Source: Alphaproteobacteria bacterium (lineage in GTDB: Bacteria > Pseudomonadota > Alphaproteobacteria > UBA828). From it: 64,000 bases of DNA. Shown here one piece after another: positions 1 to 10,549 of this stretch. Positions within the stretch are counted from its first letter, which is position 1, and every line of letters begins with the position of its first letter. Both the position numbers and the translations under genes were made by a program. The notes under the pieces are model-generated. The model saw only the letters and a list, made by a program, of their open reading frames with translations. It did not search any database and was not told where the DNA came from. The DNA is taken from NCBI GenBank assembly GCA_965220825.1, contig OZ244839.1, positions 286,148-350,147 on the forward strand, in the 5' to 3' direction.

Positions 1-456
1 GATCACCATCAGTCCGGCGCGCAGCAGCATGCGCTCGAACTCGGGGCAACTGCGAAGGAACTCCCGATACTCCTGGTCGGTACAGAAGCCCATGACCCGC
101 TCGACGCCGGCCCGGTTGTACCAGGAGCGATCGAACAGGACCATTTCACCGGCCGCCGGCAGGTGGGCGACATAACGCTGGAAATACCACTGGCTGCGTT
201 CGCGTTCGGTGGGCGCGGGCAGCGCCGCCACATGGCAGACGCGGGGATTGAGGCTCTCGGTGATCCGCTTGATCGCGCCGCCCTTGCCCGCGGCGTCCCG
301 ACCTTCGAAGACGACCACCACCTTCAGCCCCTCGCGGCGGATCCACTCCTGAAGCTTGACCAGTTCGATCTGCAGGGCGGCCAGGGCGGTCTCGTACGCC
401 TTCCGCGAGAGCCGCCTCGGTGCGGTGCCGGTCTCGCCATGCGGTTCCTCCGCCAT
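1..456 (-). CDS. ppk2: Polyphosphate kinase 2 (partial; 3' end runs off the window)
   Basis: Not in the ORF track because it has no stop in the window. Manual translation from ATG at 456 (GGAGG upstream) gives MAEEPHGETG...LQIELVKLQEWIRREGLKVVVVFEGRDAAGKGGAIKRI...QWYFQRYVAHLPAAGEMVLFDRSWYNRAGVERVMGFC, with the PPK2 Walker A and DRSWY motifs. Confidence 0.95.
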   Translation of the reverse strand, partial: MAEEPHGETGTAPRRLSRKAYETALAALQIELVKLQEWIRREGLKVVVVFEGRDAAGKGGAIKRITESLNPRVCHVAALPAPTERERSQWYFQRYVAHLPAAGEMVLFDRSWYNRAGVERVMGFCTDQEYREFLRSCPEFERMLLRAGLMVI

Positions 457-668
457 CTCCGTCCTCCATCATGTGCCGCCGTCCCACGCTCCGATGGTGC
501 CTCCGGGCCGCGTCGCCCGCAATCGTCCGCGAGAGGGCGGCGACCGAAACATGCGGGACGGGAAGGCCGTGCGCCAATCTTCGCCTTGATCGAAACCATG
601 TCGGCGACGCACACTTGGCGGTCCGAAGGGCCGGCGACCCGGTCACGCAGCAGGGAAGGATGCTTTTC

Positions 669-2015
669 ATGTCGAACAATGCCGAAGCAGCGATGCTCGA
701 CCGGGATGCCGCGCACCTGATCCACCCGTTGCACAGCCGCACGCTCCATGCGAGCGGCAAGGTCTGGGTTGGCGGAGAAGGCGCGATTCTGATCGACGCC
801 AACGGGGACCGCTTCATCGACGGGCTCTCGGGCCTCTGGAACAACACGGCCGGAAACGGCCGCCGGGAGTTGGTGGAAGCGGGCAGCAGGCAGCTCGCCG
901 AGATGGCCTATGCGTCCGGCTATGCCGGCAGCACCAACCCCCGCGCCATCGAACTCGCCGAGAAGCTCGCGCGGATCACCTATTCCAACATCAACCACTT
1001 CTACTTCACGTCCGGCGGGGGCGAGTCCACCGACAGCAACATCAAGATGGCCCGCTATTACTGGAAGCTGAAGGGGAAGCCGGAAAAGACCAAGGTCATC
1101 TCGCGCATCCGGGGCTATCACGGCGTCACCCTCGCCGCCATGTGCGCCACGGGGATCAGCGTCTACTGGCCCATGTTCGAGCCGCGCATCCCCGGCTTCG
1201 CGCACATTCCGAGCCCCTATCCCTACCGCTATGAGGCGCCCGACGGCGCGGAAAGCCCCGGCATCGCGGCGGCGGACGAGCTCGAGAAGGCGATCCTCGC
1301 GGAAGGGCCGGAGACGGTGGCCATGTTCATCGCCGAGCCGGTGCAGGGAGCGGGCGGCGTGATCGTGCCGCCGGCGGACTACTTCCCGCGCATCCGCGAA
1401 ATCTGCGACCGCTACGAGGTGTTGATGGTATCCGACGAAGTGATCACCGGCTTCGGGCGCACGGGTCGGATGTTCGGCCTCGAGCACTGGGGCGTCGAGC
1501 CCGACATGATCCAGTTCGCTAAGGCCGTCACGTCCGGCTATTTCTCCCTGGGCGGGATCGGCATCAGCGACGAGATCGCCGCCACCATGGACGAGAGCGG
1601 CAAGCCCTGGATGCATGCCTACACCTACAGCGCGCATCCCACGGGCTGCGCCATCGGCTGCGCGATGATGGACCTGATCGAGCGGGAAGACTTCCCCGGC
1701 CAGGCCGCGACGAAGGGCAAGCGCCTCCTGGTGGGGCTCAAGGATGCCCTGGCCGACCATCCCCATGTGGGCGAGATTCGCGGCCTCGGGCTCATGTGCG
1801 CCGTCGAATATGTCAAGGACCGGGACACCAAGGAGGCGTTCGATCCGGCGGAAGGCGTCGCCGCGCGGATCAACGACGAGGCCCTGGCCCGCGGCCTTTT
1901 CAGCCGGTTCCAGCCCGACATGTACATGATCGCGCCGCCCATCGTGACGGACGAGGAGACCATCGATCGGACCGTGGCAATCGTCGCGGACTCCACCAAG
2001 GCCGTTCTCGGATGA
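669..2015 (+). CDS. Class III PLP-dependent aminotransferase (omega-amino acid/amine transaminase)
   Basis: Motifs DGLSGLWN, YHG, FIAEPVQGAGG, SDEVITGFGRTG and the PLP lysine in FAKAVTSGY. Start set at ATG 669 after AGGGAAGGA. Confidence 0.92.
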   Translation: MSNNAEAAMLDRDAAHLIHPLHSRTLHASGKVWVGGEGAILIDANGDRFIDGLSGLWNNTAGNGRRELVEAGSRQLAEMAYASGYAGSTNPRAIELAEKLARITYSNINHFYFTSGGGESTDSNIKMARYYWKLKGKPEKTKVISRIRGYHGVTLAAMCATGISVYWPMFEPRIPGFAHIPSPYPYRYEAPDGAESPGIAAADELEKAILAEGPETVAMFIAEPVQGAGGVIVPPADYFPRIREICDRYEVLMVSDEVITGFGRTGRMFGLEHWGVEPDMIQFAKAVTSGYFSLGGIGISDEIAATMDESGKPWMHAYTYSAHPTGCAIGCAMMDLIEREDFPGQAATKGKRLLVGLKDALADHPHVGEIRGLGLMCAVEYVKDRDTKEAFDPAEGVAARINDEALARGLFSRFQPDMYMIAPPIVTDEETIDRTVAIVADSTKAVLG

Positions 2016-2089
2016 AAGTGCCGCACGGCCGAGGGCCGGCTGTAGAACAGGGTGCCGGCACGTGGCGGCGACATGGAGGAGCGGTTGGC

Positions 2090-2782
2090 ATGGTGTTGGG
2101 CGTGGGAAGGTGGCTCGCCGTCGCCGCGGTTCTGATCGGTACGGCGTCGGCCGCGTCGGCGCAGGACGCCGTCTCGCTCGAGACGGCCAAACAGCGTTAC
2201 AGCTATGGCGTCGGTCTCAGAGTCGCCGACATGCTGATCTCGCAAGGGTTGGAAGACCTCGACGCGGAGGCCCTCGCACTCGCCTTGAAAGACCGCTACG
2301 CTGGCGCGCCGTCGCGCGTTGCGCTCGAGGATCTGATTGCGGCGGAAACCACATATCAGGAGGATGCCGCCGTGGCGGAGCGTGAAGCAGCCGAACGCAA
2401 TGCGGAGGAGGGCCGGGCCTTCCTCGCGAGCAACCGGAATGAGGACGGCGTGACGGCGCTGGATTCCGGACTTCAGTACCGTGTCGTTGTGCCCGGCGAG
2501 GGCGCGTCGCCCGGGCCCGCCGACACGGTCGTGGTGCATTATCGAGGCATGCTCCTCGACGGCCGCGAGTTCGACAGCTCCTATGCGCGCGGTCAGCCGG
2601 CGGAGTTCCCGGTGGGGGGCGTCATCGCCGGTTGGCAGGAGGCGATCCAGCTCATGGTGCCCGGCGCGCGGTGGGAAGTGTGGATCCCCGGCGAACTCGC
2701 CTATGGTGAACGCGGCACGCCCGGCATCATCGGCCCCAACCACACGCTCCACTTCGAGATCGAGCTTATCGCCGTGAAGTAG
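2090..2782 (+). CDS. Periplasmic FKBP-type peptidyl-prolyl cis-trans isomerase (FkpA/Mip-like)
   Basis: Signal peptide, YSYGVG dimerisation segment, SGLQY, VHYRG, FDSSY, VIAGWQE, LAYG, LHFEIEL. GGAGGA precedes ATG 2090; an in-frame ATG at 2012 overlapping the upstream stop is an alternative start. Confidence 0.92.
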   Translation: MVLGVGRWLAVAAVLIGTASAASAQDAVSLETAKQRYSYGVGLRVADMLISQGLEDLDAEALALALKDRYAGAPSRVALEDLIAAETTYQEDAAVAEREAAERNAEEGRAFLASNRNEDGVTALDSGLQYRVVVPGEGASPGPADTVVVHYRGMLLDGREFDSSYARGQPAEFPVGGVIAGWQEAIQLMVPGARWEVWIPGELAYGERGTPGIIGPNHTLHFEIELIAVK

Positions 2783-2794
2783 TGACCGCGCCGC

Positions 2795-3796
<1,002 letters not shown>

Positions 3797-4007
3797 GGCT
3801 TCCCCATCTCCGCAAACTGTCGACGGCCCGCACGATTCTGGCATTTCCGGCAGAGCTGCGCGAGCGGGAACACCCAGTCTCGTGGGCGTGCGCCGCCGCC
3901 CGGCCCTGTCGCGCGAAACGCTCGCGTGCACGCGCGCTCCGATGGTAGGGTAGCCTGTCTATTCCGGTGGCGTTTCGTTGGCCTCGATAGCACGAGGAGG
4001 GATCGCG

Positions 4008-5075
4008 ATGGCTCGGATGGCTACGGCTGTGGGCGACGATGCGGCCCAGGCGCGGATGCGGGATGCGACGGTCTGGAGCATGCCGGCCCGCTGGTACCGC
4101 GATGCGGATATCCATGCCGAGGAGCGGGAGCGAATCTTCGCGCGGCAGTGGCTATGGATCGGGCGAGAGGAGACGGTCGCCGAGCCCGGGCAGTATCTTA
4201 CGGCGGCACCCGCCGGGTTCCCCGTCTTCGTCCGGCGCGCCGAAGACGGCGTGCTCAGGGCCTTTCACAATGTGTGCCGGCATCGGGCTTCGCCGCTCCT
4301 GTTAAAGCCCGCCGGTCGCTGCGACGTCCTGGAATGCCCCTATCACGGTTGGCGGTATGGGGCGGACGGCAGGCTCCAGCACGTGCCGGTCTTCGAAGCG
4401 CCGCCGGATTTCCGAAAGGAGGAGCTCTCGCTCTTCCCCATCGCCGTCGCCACGTGGCGGGGGCTCCTTTTCGTGTGCCTCGATACCGATGCGCCGCCGC
4501 TCGAGGAATGGCTCGCGCCGGTGGCGGAGGCGGTCGCGCGCACGGCACCGGCGGATGTCATCTTCGACCGGGAGATGGAATTCATGGTCGCGTGCAACTG
4601 GAAGACCTATGTGGACAACTTCCAGGAGGCCTATCACGTCCCACCCATGCATCCGAGCCTCAACCGGGACCTGGATTGGAAGCGCTACCGCGTGGTCAAC
4701 ATTGATGGCGCCAGCATTCACGAGGCCCCGGCCAAGCACGATTCGGGCCATCCCGGGCTGTTCGGCTGGCGCTTTCCCAACTTCGCGTTCAGCTCCTACA
4801 ATGTGGGGCTTGCGTTCCTGCGCATGGAGCCGGTGGGCCGCGACCGGACCCGTATCGTCTACAATTTCCTCCGGCCGAGCGATGCGAGCCCGGAGGCCTT
4901 CGAGCCCTGGGTGGAATATGGCGTTCAGGTGTCGCGGGAGGACCAGTGGATGGTGCCGCGCATTCAGCAAAACCTGGACGCGGGCGTTTACGACCGCGGG
5001 CCGCTGAGTCCCCGGCACGAGAACGGCGTCTTCCACTTCCACGAAATGGTGCGCGAGGCACTCGGCCGGGCATAG
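4008..5075 (+). CDS. Rieske non-heme iron oxygenase alpha subunit (choline monooxygenase-like)
   Basis: Rieske motif CRHR...CPYHGW, mononuclear iron motif NWK..DNFQEAYH...H, and C-terminal E..V.HFH. GAGGAGG RBS. Confidence 0.9.
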   Translation: MARMATAVGDDAAQARMRDATVWSMPARWYRDADIHAEERERIFARQWLWIGREETVAEPGQYLTAAPAGFPVFVRRAEDGVLRAFHNVCRHRASPLLLKPAGRCDVLECPYHGWRYGADGRLQHVPVFEAPPDFRKEELSLFPIAVATWRGLLFVCLDTDAPPLEEWLAPVAEAVARTAPADVIFDREMEFMVACNWKTYVDNFQEAYHVPPMHPSLNRDLDWKRYRVVNIDGASIHEAPAKHDSGHPGLFGWRFPNFAFSSYNVGLAFLRMEPVGRDRTRIVYNFLRPSDASPEAFEPWVEYGVQVSREDQWMVPRIQQNLDAGVYDRGPLSPRHENGVFHFHEMVREALGRA

Positions 5076-5200
5076 ACCCGCTATGGGGTGCCGGCTGTAA
5101 CGCCGCTTGCAGCTGTGCTACGCTTTTAAGGTGTCGGTCGGGCATGGATGCGAACCCGGCCCGAGGAAACGCAGGCAGAAATCATATCTGGGAGGCATCG

Positions 5201-6796
5201 ATGGCCATCAAGATGACTCGTCGACAGGCGCTCAAGGCGGGCGCGGCCGGGCTGGCGCTCACGTCGCCGATCGGAATTGCGCCCAAGTTCATCCGTCCCG
5301 CGCGCGCAGCGGGCCTTGCCCCCGGCATGACCGGCGGACCCACCGGTTTCGAGGGGGCGGAGCGCTATCAGTATAACGAGACGATGTCCGAAGGCCGCGC
5401 TGTCGAGGGAATGCGCAAGCTGAAGGCGGAGGGCAAGGCGCCGGATAAGCTCAACATCCTGATGACGGACGGCGCCATCGGCCACTTCACCAAGCCCTGG
5501 CCGCCCGACGGGCCGACCCTGCAGTCCATCTGGGAGGAGGAGACGGGCGTCAAGCTCGAGTTCTTCAGCGTCTCGCCGGAGGAGCAGTTCAACAAGGTGA
5601 TCCAGGACGTCACCACCGGCTCCGCCGCCTACGACGTCTACACCTTCGGCTATGCCGCCATGGGCGACCTGTCGGAGGCCAACGGCATCGCGCCGCTCGG
5701 CGAATGGATCGAGAAGCACGGCGCGGACTTCGCGGACCCCGAGCGCGGAATGCCGACGTCCGAATCCTACGACATGCTCTACAAGTATGGCGGCGAGCCC
5801 AGGTCCGTCTGCTATGACGGGGACGCCCAGGTCTGGGTCTACCGCAGGGATCTGGTGGACGATCCGCAGAACCAGAAGGAGTTCGGCGACAAATATGGCT
5901 GGGAGCTCGGCCCGCCCCGCACCTGGGAGGAGACCGACCAGCTCGCCGAGTTCTTCACCTCCAAGGGAATGCTCGGCAACGGCAACATGATGAGCGCCTT
6001 CTGGGGTATCAGCACTTGGTACAACCGCTATGTGAGCAAGGACAATCCGAACCAGCACCTGTTCGACGGCGAAGGCAACCCGCTGATCGACACCGACGCG
6101 GGCATCGAGGCCACCGAGGAGCACATCAGGAGCCTCGACTGGTCGGACAAGGGCGGTCTCGCCTGGAGCTGGAGCGAGTATTACGGCAACATGGCCCAGG
6201 GCAACTCCTTCATGCTGGGCACCTTCTCCAACTGTCCGAAGTTCCTGGATACGGTGAAGGAGGACGGCTCGCCCGCCACGGCGGTGACGGGCAAGATGGG
6301 CTCGTTCCTGCCGCCCGGAAAGCAGTTCGGCAACGACCTGGTGCGCCGTTCCACCATCTATCTCGGCAACAATGGCGGCGTGTCCACGCAGAGCCAATAT
6401 CAGGAGGCGGCCTATCTCTGGCTGCAATGGTCGGGGTCGACACGGATCTTCAGCCTGCTGACCGGCAATCCCGGCGGCTTCTTCGATCCCTTCCAGCTCG
6501 CCAACTTCCGCGATCCGCTGGTCATCCAGTCCTACCACGACTACCACGTGCCGATCATCGAGGGCACGGTGGCCCGCGCCGTCCCGACCATCGCGATCCC
6601 GGGCCAGTTCGCCATGCACAACACGCTGAGCGAGAATCTGGTCGCCGCCATGGTGGGCGATATCACCGCCAAGGAGGCGATGGAGAACACCGCGAAGTCC
6701 TGGCGCAGGCATCTGCGCAAGAAGGGCGAAAGCAAGATGATCGACCTCATCAACGCAGCCAAGTCGGGTTGGTCGACGGTGATCGACCAGGCTTGA
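5201..6796 (+). CDS. ABC transporter substrate-binding protein (CUT1/sugar-type), Tat-exported
   Basis: TRRQALK twin-arginine signal; WEEETGVKLE, YDV, YRRDL, PRTWEE; lies directly upstream of two permeases. GGAGG RBS. Confidence 0.88.
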   Translation: MAIKMTRRQALKAGAAGLALTSPIGIAPKFIRPARAAGLAPGMTGGPTGFEGAERYQYNETMSEGRAVEGMRKLKAEGKAPDKLNILMTDGAIGHFTKPWPPDGPTLQSIWEEETGVKLEFFSVSPEEQFNKVIQDVTTGSAAYDVYTFGYAAMGDLSEANGIAPLGEWIEKHGADFADPERGMPTSESYDMLYKYGGEPRSVCYDGDAQVWVYRRDLVDDPQNQKEFGDKYGWELGPPRTWEETDQLAEFFTSKGMLGNGNMMSAFWGISTWYNRYVSKDNPNQHLFDGEGNPLIDTDAGIEATEEHIRSLDWSDKGGLAWSWSEYYGNMAQGNSFMLGTFSNCPKFLDTVKEDGSPATAVTGKMGSFLPPGKQFGNDLVRRSTIYLGNNGGVSTQSQYQEAAYLWLQWSGSTRIFSLLTGNPGGFFDPFQLANFRDPLVIQSYHDYHVPIIEGTVARAVPTIAIPGQFAMHNTLSENLVAAMVGDITAKEAMENTAKSWRRHLRKKGESKMIDLINAAKSGWSTVIDQA

Positions 6797-6814
6797 TCCG
6801 GAGCCGTTTCGTCC

Positions 6815-6848
6815 GGGACGGGGCGTGTAACTTGCGACGCCCCGTCCC
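6815..6848 (+). terminator. Intergenic stem-loop after the binding-protein gene (mRNA stabiliser or partial terminator)
   Basis: Perfect 12-bp inverted repeat GGGACGGGGCGT-N10-ACGCCCCGTCCC with no U-tract. Confidence 0.6.
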
Positions 6849-6909
6849 CGGGCCCTTGGCGAGCCCGTCCGGAGCGCCTTGCCCACAAGAGAAGCGCTGA
6901 GTCGAGACC

Positions 6910-7770
6910 GTGCCCACGGCCTACACTTCCTATGTCTGGCGCTACGGGTTGATCCTTGTCGCCGTCGCCATCGCGCTGTTGCCGGTGGTGTGGATGGCGA
7001 CCATGGCGTTCAAGCCCCATACCGAGTGGGTCTCCACCGCGGGCGATCTGCACTGGCTTCCGCGCGAGCCCACCTGGGGCAATTTCGAGTACATCTTCAC
7101 CGGGCAGACCGACGCCTACTCCATCACCCATGAGCGGACGGCGGGCCGCCCCATCCTCGCGAGCCTCGTCACCTCGCTGCTCGGGACCTTCATCGCCGTC
7201 GCTGCGGGAACGCTGGGCGCCTATGCGGTCTCTCGCTTCAAGGTCGGCGGCAACCTGCCTCTCGGCGTGCTTCAACTCCGGCTCTTCCCGCCGCTCGCGG
7301 TGATGATTCCGGTGATGATCATGTGGGCCTTCCTCGGCGCGATGGATTCCTGGTGGGGGCTTTCCCTCATCTACGGCATCGTCACGCTGCCCTTCGCCTT
7401 CTGGTTGATGAAGACCTTCTTCGACGAAGTGCCGCGGGAGATCGAAGAGGCCGCCCTCGTGGAGGGTTGCAGCTGGTTCCGCGTGTTCTGGAAGATCACC
7501 CTGCCCATGGTGAAGGCCGCGCTCGCCAGCACGACGCTCTTCGTCTTCATCCTGAATTGGAGCGACTACGTGATCGCCCTGCTTCTCACGCGGAAGGACT
7601 GGGTGACCATTCCCGTCTACATGAACTCCCTCTCGTCCGCGATGTCCGGCCAGATGTACGGCGCAAAGGCGGCGCTCGGCCTGATCGCGGCGCTTCCGCC
7701 GGTGGTCTTCGGCATCGCGATCCAGAAATATCTGGTGCGCGGGCTCACCTTCGGGGCGCTCAAGCAATGA
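6910..7770 (+). CDS. Carbohydrate ABC transporter permease (MalG-like)
   Basis: Multiple TM segments, EAA loop VPREIEEAALVEG, and C-terminal QKYLVRGLTFGALK. Confidence 0.92.
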   Translation: MPTAYTSYVWRYGLILVAVAIALLPVVWMATMAFKPHTEWVSTAGDLHWLPREPTWGNFEYIFTGQTDAYSITHERTAGRPILASLVTSLLGTFIAVAAGTLGAYAVSRFKVGGNLPLGVLQLRLFPPLAVMIPVMIMWAFLGAMDSWWGLSLIYGIVTLPFAFWLMKTFFDEVPREIEEAALVEGCSWFRVFWKITLPMVKAALASTTLFVFILNWSDYVIALLLTRKDWVTIPVYMNSLSSAMSGQMYGAKAALGLIAALPPVVFGIAIQKYLVRGLTFGALKQ

Positions 7771-8729
7771 CGGACGCGGCAGCCGCCGGCAGGCGCGGCA
7801 AGACTCCCGCCCTGACGCCTCTCGAGCGGGACGGCCGGCGGCTCGGACTCTACATGACCTTGCCGGCGCAGCTCCTGCTGCTCTTCATCGTGGCCTTCCC
7901 CCTCCTCATGCAGCTCTATGTGAGCTTTACATGGTGGGGACCGCTCGACGGAACGCCCTGGTACTACGCCTACGAGACCGCCAACTGGTTCGGCAATTAC
8001 GGCGACATCTTCTCCGATACGAAGCTCTGGGGCTCCATCGGCCGGACGTTCCTGATCGTCGCCGTCGTCGTGCCCATCGAGTTCCTTCTGGGCCTCGGTC
8101 TCGCGATCCTCTTCGCCGAGAAGTTCCCCGGCAAGCGCGTGTTCTACTCCATCATGCTGATGCCCATGATGATCGTGCCGGCGGTGGCGGGCTACATGTT
8201 CTTCATGCTGTTCCAGAGCTCGGGCCCCATCAACGATCTGCTCAGCCGGATCGCCGGCACCGAGGTCGGCACGCTGTGGCTCGCGGATCCGGTCATGGCG
8301 ATGATCTCGGTGATGATCGCCGACATCTGGCAGTGGACGCCGCTGATGTTCCTGATCCTGCTGGCGGGCATGGTGGGCGTACCCGAGGACCAGATGAAGG
8401 CGGCGACTCTCCTGGGCGCGAACGCCTGGCAGCGCTTCTGGCGGATCGTGCTCCCGCGTATGAAGATGGTGATGATCATCGCCCTGGTGATCCGCACCAT
8501 CGAGTGCATCAAGATTTTCGACATTCTCCATGTGATGACGGGCGGCGGCCCCGGAGTCGCCACCAAGTCCATCTCCGTCTACATCCTCGATCTCACCTTC
8601 AAGGATCTGGAGTGGGCCTATGTGGCGGCGGTGGGCCTTTTCATCTTGATCTGCCTCAGCGTGTTCGCGGTGTTGGGCCTCGTCCTGATGGCGCGCGCCC
8701 AGCGTCGGCGCGAGGCGAATCCCGCATAG
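7767..8729 (+). CDS. Carbohydrate ABC transporter permease (MalF/UgpA-like)
   Basis: DIWQWTPLMFLILLAG, EAA-like VPEDQMKAATLLGA, FD...MTGGGPG. ATGA overlap with the upstream permease. Confidence 0.92.
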   Translation: MTDAAAAGRRGKTPALTPLERDGRRLGLYMTLPAQLLLLFIVAFPLLMQLYVSFTWWGPLDGTPWYYAYETANWFGNYGDIFSDTKLWGSIGRTFLIVAVVVPIEFLLGLGLAILFAEKFPGKRVFYSIMLMPMMIVPAVAGYMFFMLFQSSGPINDLLSRIAGTEVGTLWLADPVMAMISVMIADIWQWTPLMFLILLAGMVGVPEDQMKAATLLGANAWQRFWRIVLPRMKMVMIIALVIRTIECIKIFDILHVMTGGGPGVATKSISVYILDLTFKDLEWAYVAAVGLFILICLSVFAVLGLVLMARAQRRREANPA

Positions 8730-8754
8730 CCCGCCCGGTTCGCCCGCCGATCCC

Positions 8755-9525
8755 ATGAGACTCGCCGCGCGGGCCGCCATCGTGACCGGCGCCGCGTCGG
8801 GCATCGGCCGCGAGACCGCGCTGCGCTTCGCCGCGGAAGGCGCGACCGTGGTCTGCGCCGACATGGACGGAGAGCGTGCCGCGTCGGTCGCACGGGCGAT
8901 CGAAGCGCGGGGCGGGATGGCCTTCTCCATACAGGCCGACATCACGGTGGAGCGCGATGCGGCGCGCCTCGTGGCGGAAGCGGCGGCGGCCTGCAGGAGG
9001 CTGCACATCCTGGTGAATAATGCGGGCGTCACCATCCTGGGCGCGGCCGACGAGCTCTCCGAGGCCGACTGGCGGCGCGAGATCGAGGTCAATCTGAGCG
9101 GTGCCTGGCGGCTCTCCAAGGCGGTCTGGCCTCACTTCACCGCGGCGGGCGGTGGAGCGATCCTCAGCACCGCCTCGATCGCCGGCCTGGTGGCGGCCCC
9201 GCGGGACGCGGCCTATGTGGCTTCCAAGGCGGGGCTCGTCATGCTGACGAAATGCATGGCGCTCGACGGGGCGGCGGTCGGCATCCGTGCGAACTGCATC
9301 TGTCCGGGTTTCGTCGATACGCCGATGTTCGACGGCTTCCTGGAGGAGCAGCCGGCCCCGGCCCACGCCCGTGCGGCGGCCGTCCGCCGCACACCGCTCG
9401 GGCGGATCGGAACTCCGCGCGACATCGCCGACGGCTTCGTCTATCTCGCGTCCGACGATGCGGCCTGGATCACCGGAACCGCGCTGGTAATCGACGGCGG
9501 CCTCACCGCCGGTCTCCCGCCCTGA
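8755..9525 (+). CDS. Classical short-chain dehydrogenase/reductase
   Basis: TGAASGIG, NNAG, YVASK (YxxxK), CPGFVDT, IDGG. Confidence 0.92.
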   Translation: MRLAARAAIVTGAASGIGRETALRFAAEGATVVCADMDGERAASVARAIEARGGMAFSIQADITVERDAARLVAEAAAACRRLHILVNNAGVTILGAADELSEADWRREIEVNLSGAWRLSKAVWPHFTAAGGGAILSTASIAGLVAAPRDAAYVASKAGLVMLTKCMALDGAAVGIRANCICPGFVDTPMFDGFLEEQPAPAHARAAAVRRTPLGRIGTPRDIADGFVYLASDDAAWITGTALVIDGGLTAGLPP

Positions 9526-9534
9526 CGGGCCGCC

Positions 9535-9987
9535 CTATTCGCGGGAGGGGACCTGGGTGACCGCGCGGCCGACGAGCACGGTACGCTCGCCCACCCTGCA
9601 TTCGGTGTCGAATTCCGCCCGCTTGCGCTCGGGGATCAGCTTGTCGAGCACGGCCCGTGCCACCACGCGGTCTCCCGGCAGCACCGGCGCGGTGAACCGC
9701 AGGGTCTGGGAGATATAGATGCAGCCCGGCCCCGGCAAGCGGGTGCCGATGACGGTGGAGATGAGCGATGCGGTGCACATGCCGTGGACCACGCGCCCGC
9801 CGAAGGCGAACTGGCGGGCGAAATCGTCGTCGAAATGGAGCGGGTTCGTGTCGCCCGTGAGATCGGCGAAAAGCCGCATCTCGCTGTTGTCTATCACGCG
9901 CCCATATTCGGCGCTCATGCCCAGTTCGAGGTCTTCGAAGTAATAGACCGGCTGGGGCTCGCCCGCGGCCGCAGTCTCGACTGCCAT
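9535..9987 (-). CDS. MaoC-family (R)-specific enoyl-CoA hydratase (PhaJ-like)
   Basis: YFEDLELG and hydratase-2 motif GDTNPLH, HGM, LPGPG. GAGGAAG upstream of ATG 9987. Confidence 0.9.
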   Translation of the reverse strand: MAVETAAAGEPQPVYYFEDLELGMSAEYGRVIDNSEMRLFADLTGDTNPLHFDDDFARQFAFGGRVVHGMCTASLISTVIGTRLPGPGCIYISQTLRFTAPVLPGDRVVARAVLDKLIPERKRAEFDTECRVGERTVLVGRAVTQVPSRE

Positions 9988-10279
9988 AGCGCTTCTTCCT
10001 CGTTCGCCTTCGCCGCGCCCGAGAAACTGTGCGCTGCATAGCGGCGGGACTATAGGGCCCGTGCCGGCTGTCCGCAACGGGACCGGCGGGCCCGAAGATC
10101 CGCACCCCGAAGATGCGGATGAAGAGGCCGCCGCGAACGGCGCCGATGTCGATGCGGGCGGGGTCGTTCGCGGAACGGCATCGCTTCCTCGCCTTCGTCT
10201 CGCCCGCTCGCGGTCGCGGATTCGCTAATGGAAACGAAGAATTCAGCTCGTTGTCTTCAGCGAGTGGCTGAAGTTTCTC

Positions 10280-10470
10280 CGAAATTTCTACGAGTGTATC
10301 TCACAAAAAATACAAAAAATTAGAATTCAGATTTTTCGCTTCGCGTTTGCAAGCGTTTAATTTATTGTATATCTTAAAGTTATTTAAATTGTTATTTATT
10401 TATTCAATCAATATACGCATTCAATGCCGTTGACGCCCGTATATATACATTGATATACGTTTTTATAATT
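10280..10470 (+). promoter_or_regulatory. AT-rich promoter/regulatory region of the giant surface-protein gene
   Basis: Abrupt AT-rich stretch in GC-rich DNA. TTGACG (10430-10435) lies 18 nt before TATACG (10454-10459), which is preceded by TGn. Palindrome GTATATATAC (10439-10448) and TATAAT (10464-10469) are also present. Confidence 0.65.
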
Positions 10471-10549
10471 GCAACGTCTCCGGGTGAAGACCGGAACGCG
10501 CCAGGGGGATTTTCGAGTGACAATCGACCATCGTCCAGAAGGACGGGGG

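Noticed and set aside
10098-10175. GC-rich hairpins (ATCCGCA/TGCGGAT; CCGCGAACG/CGTTCGCGG) as an sRNA or tRNA remnant at an island border
   Set aside because: Short stems arise by chance at this GC level, and I found no tRNA arms, att repeat or integrase.
10436-10451. CCGTATATATACAT as a LexA SOS box
   Set aside because: It does not fit CTGT-N8-ACAG spacing, and alphaproteobacterial LexA uses GTTC-N7-GTTC-type repeats.
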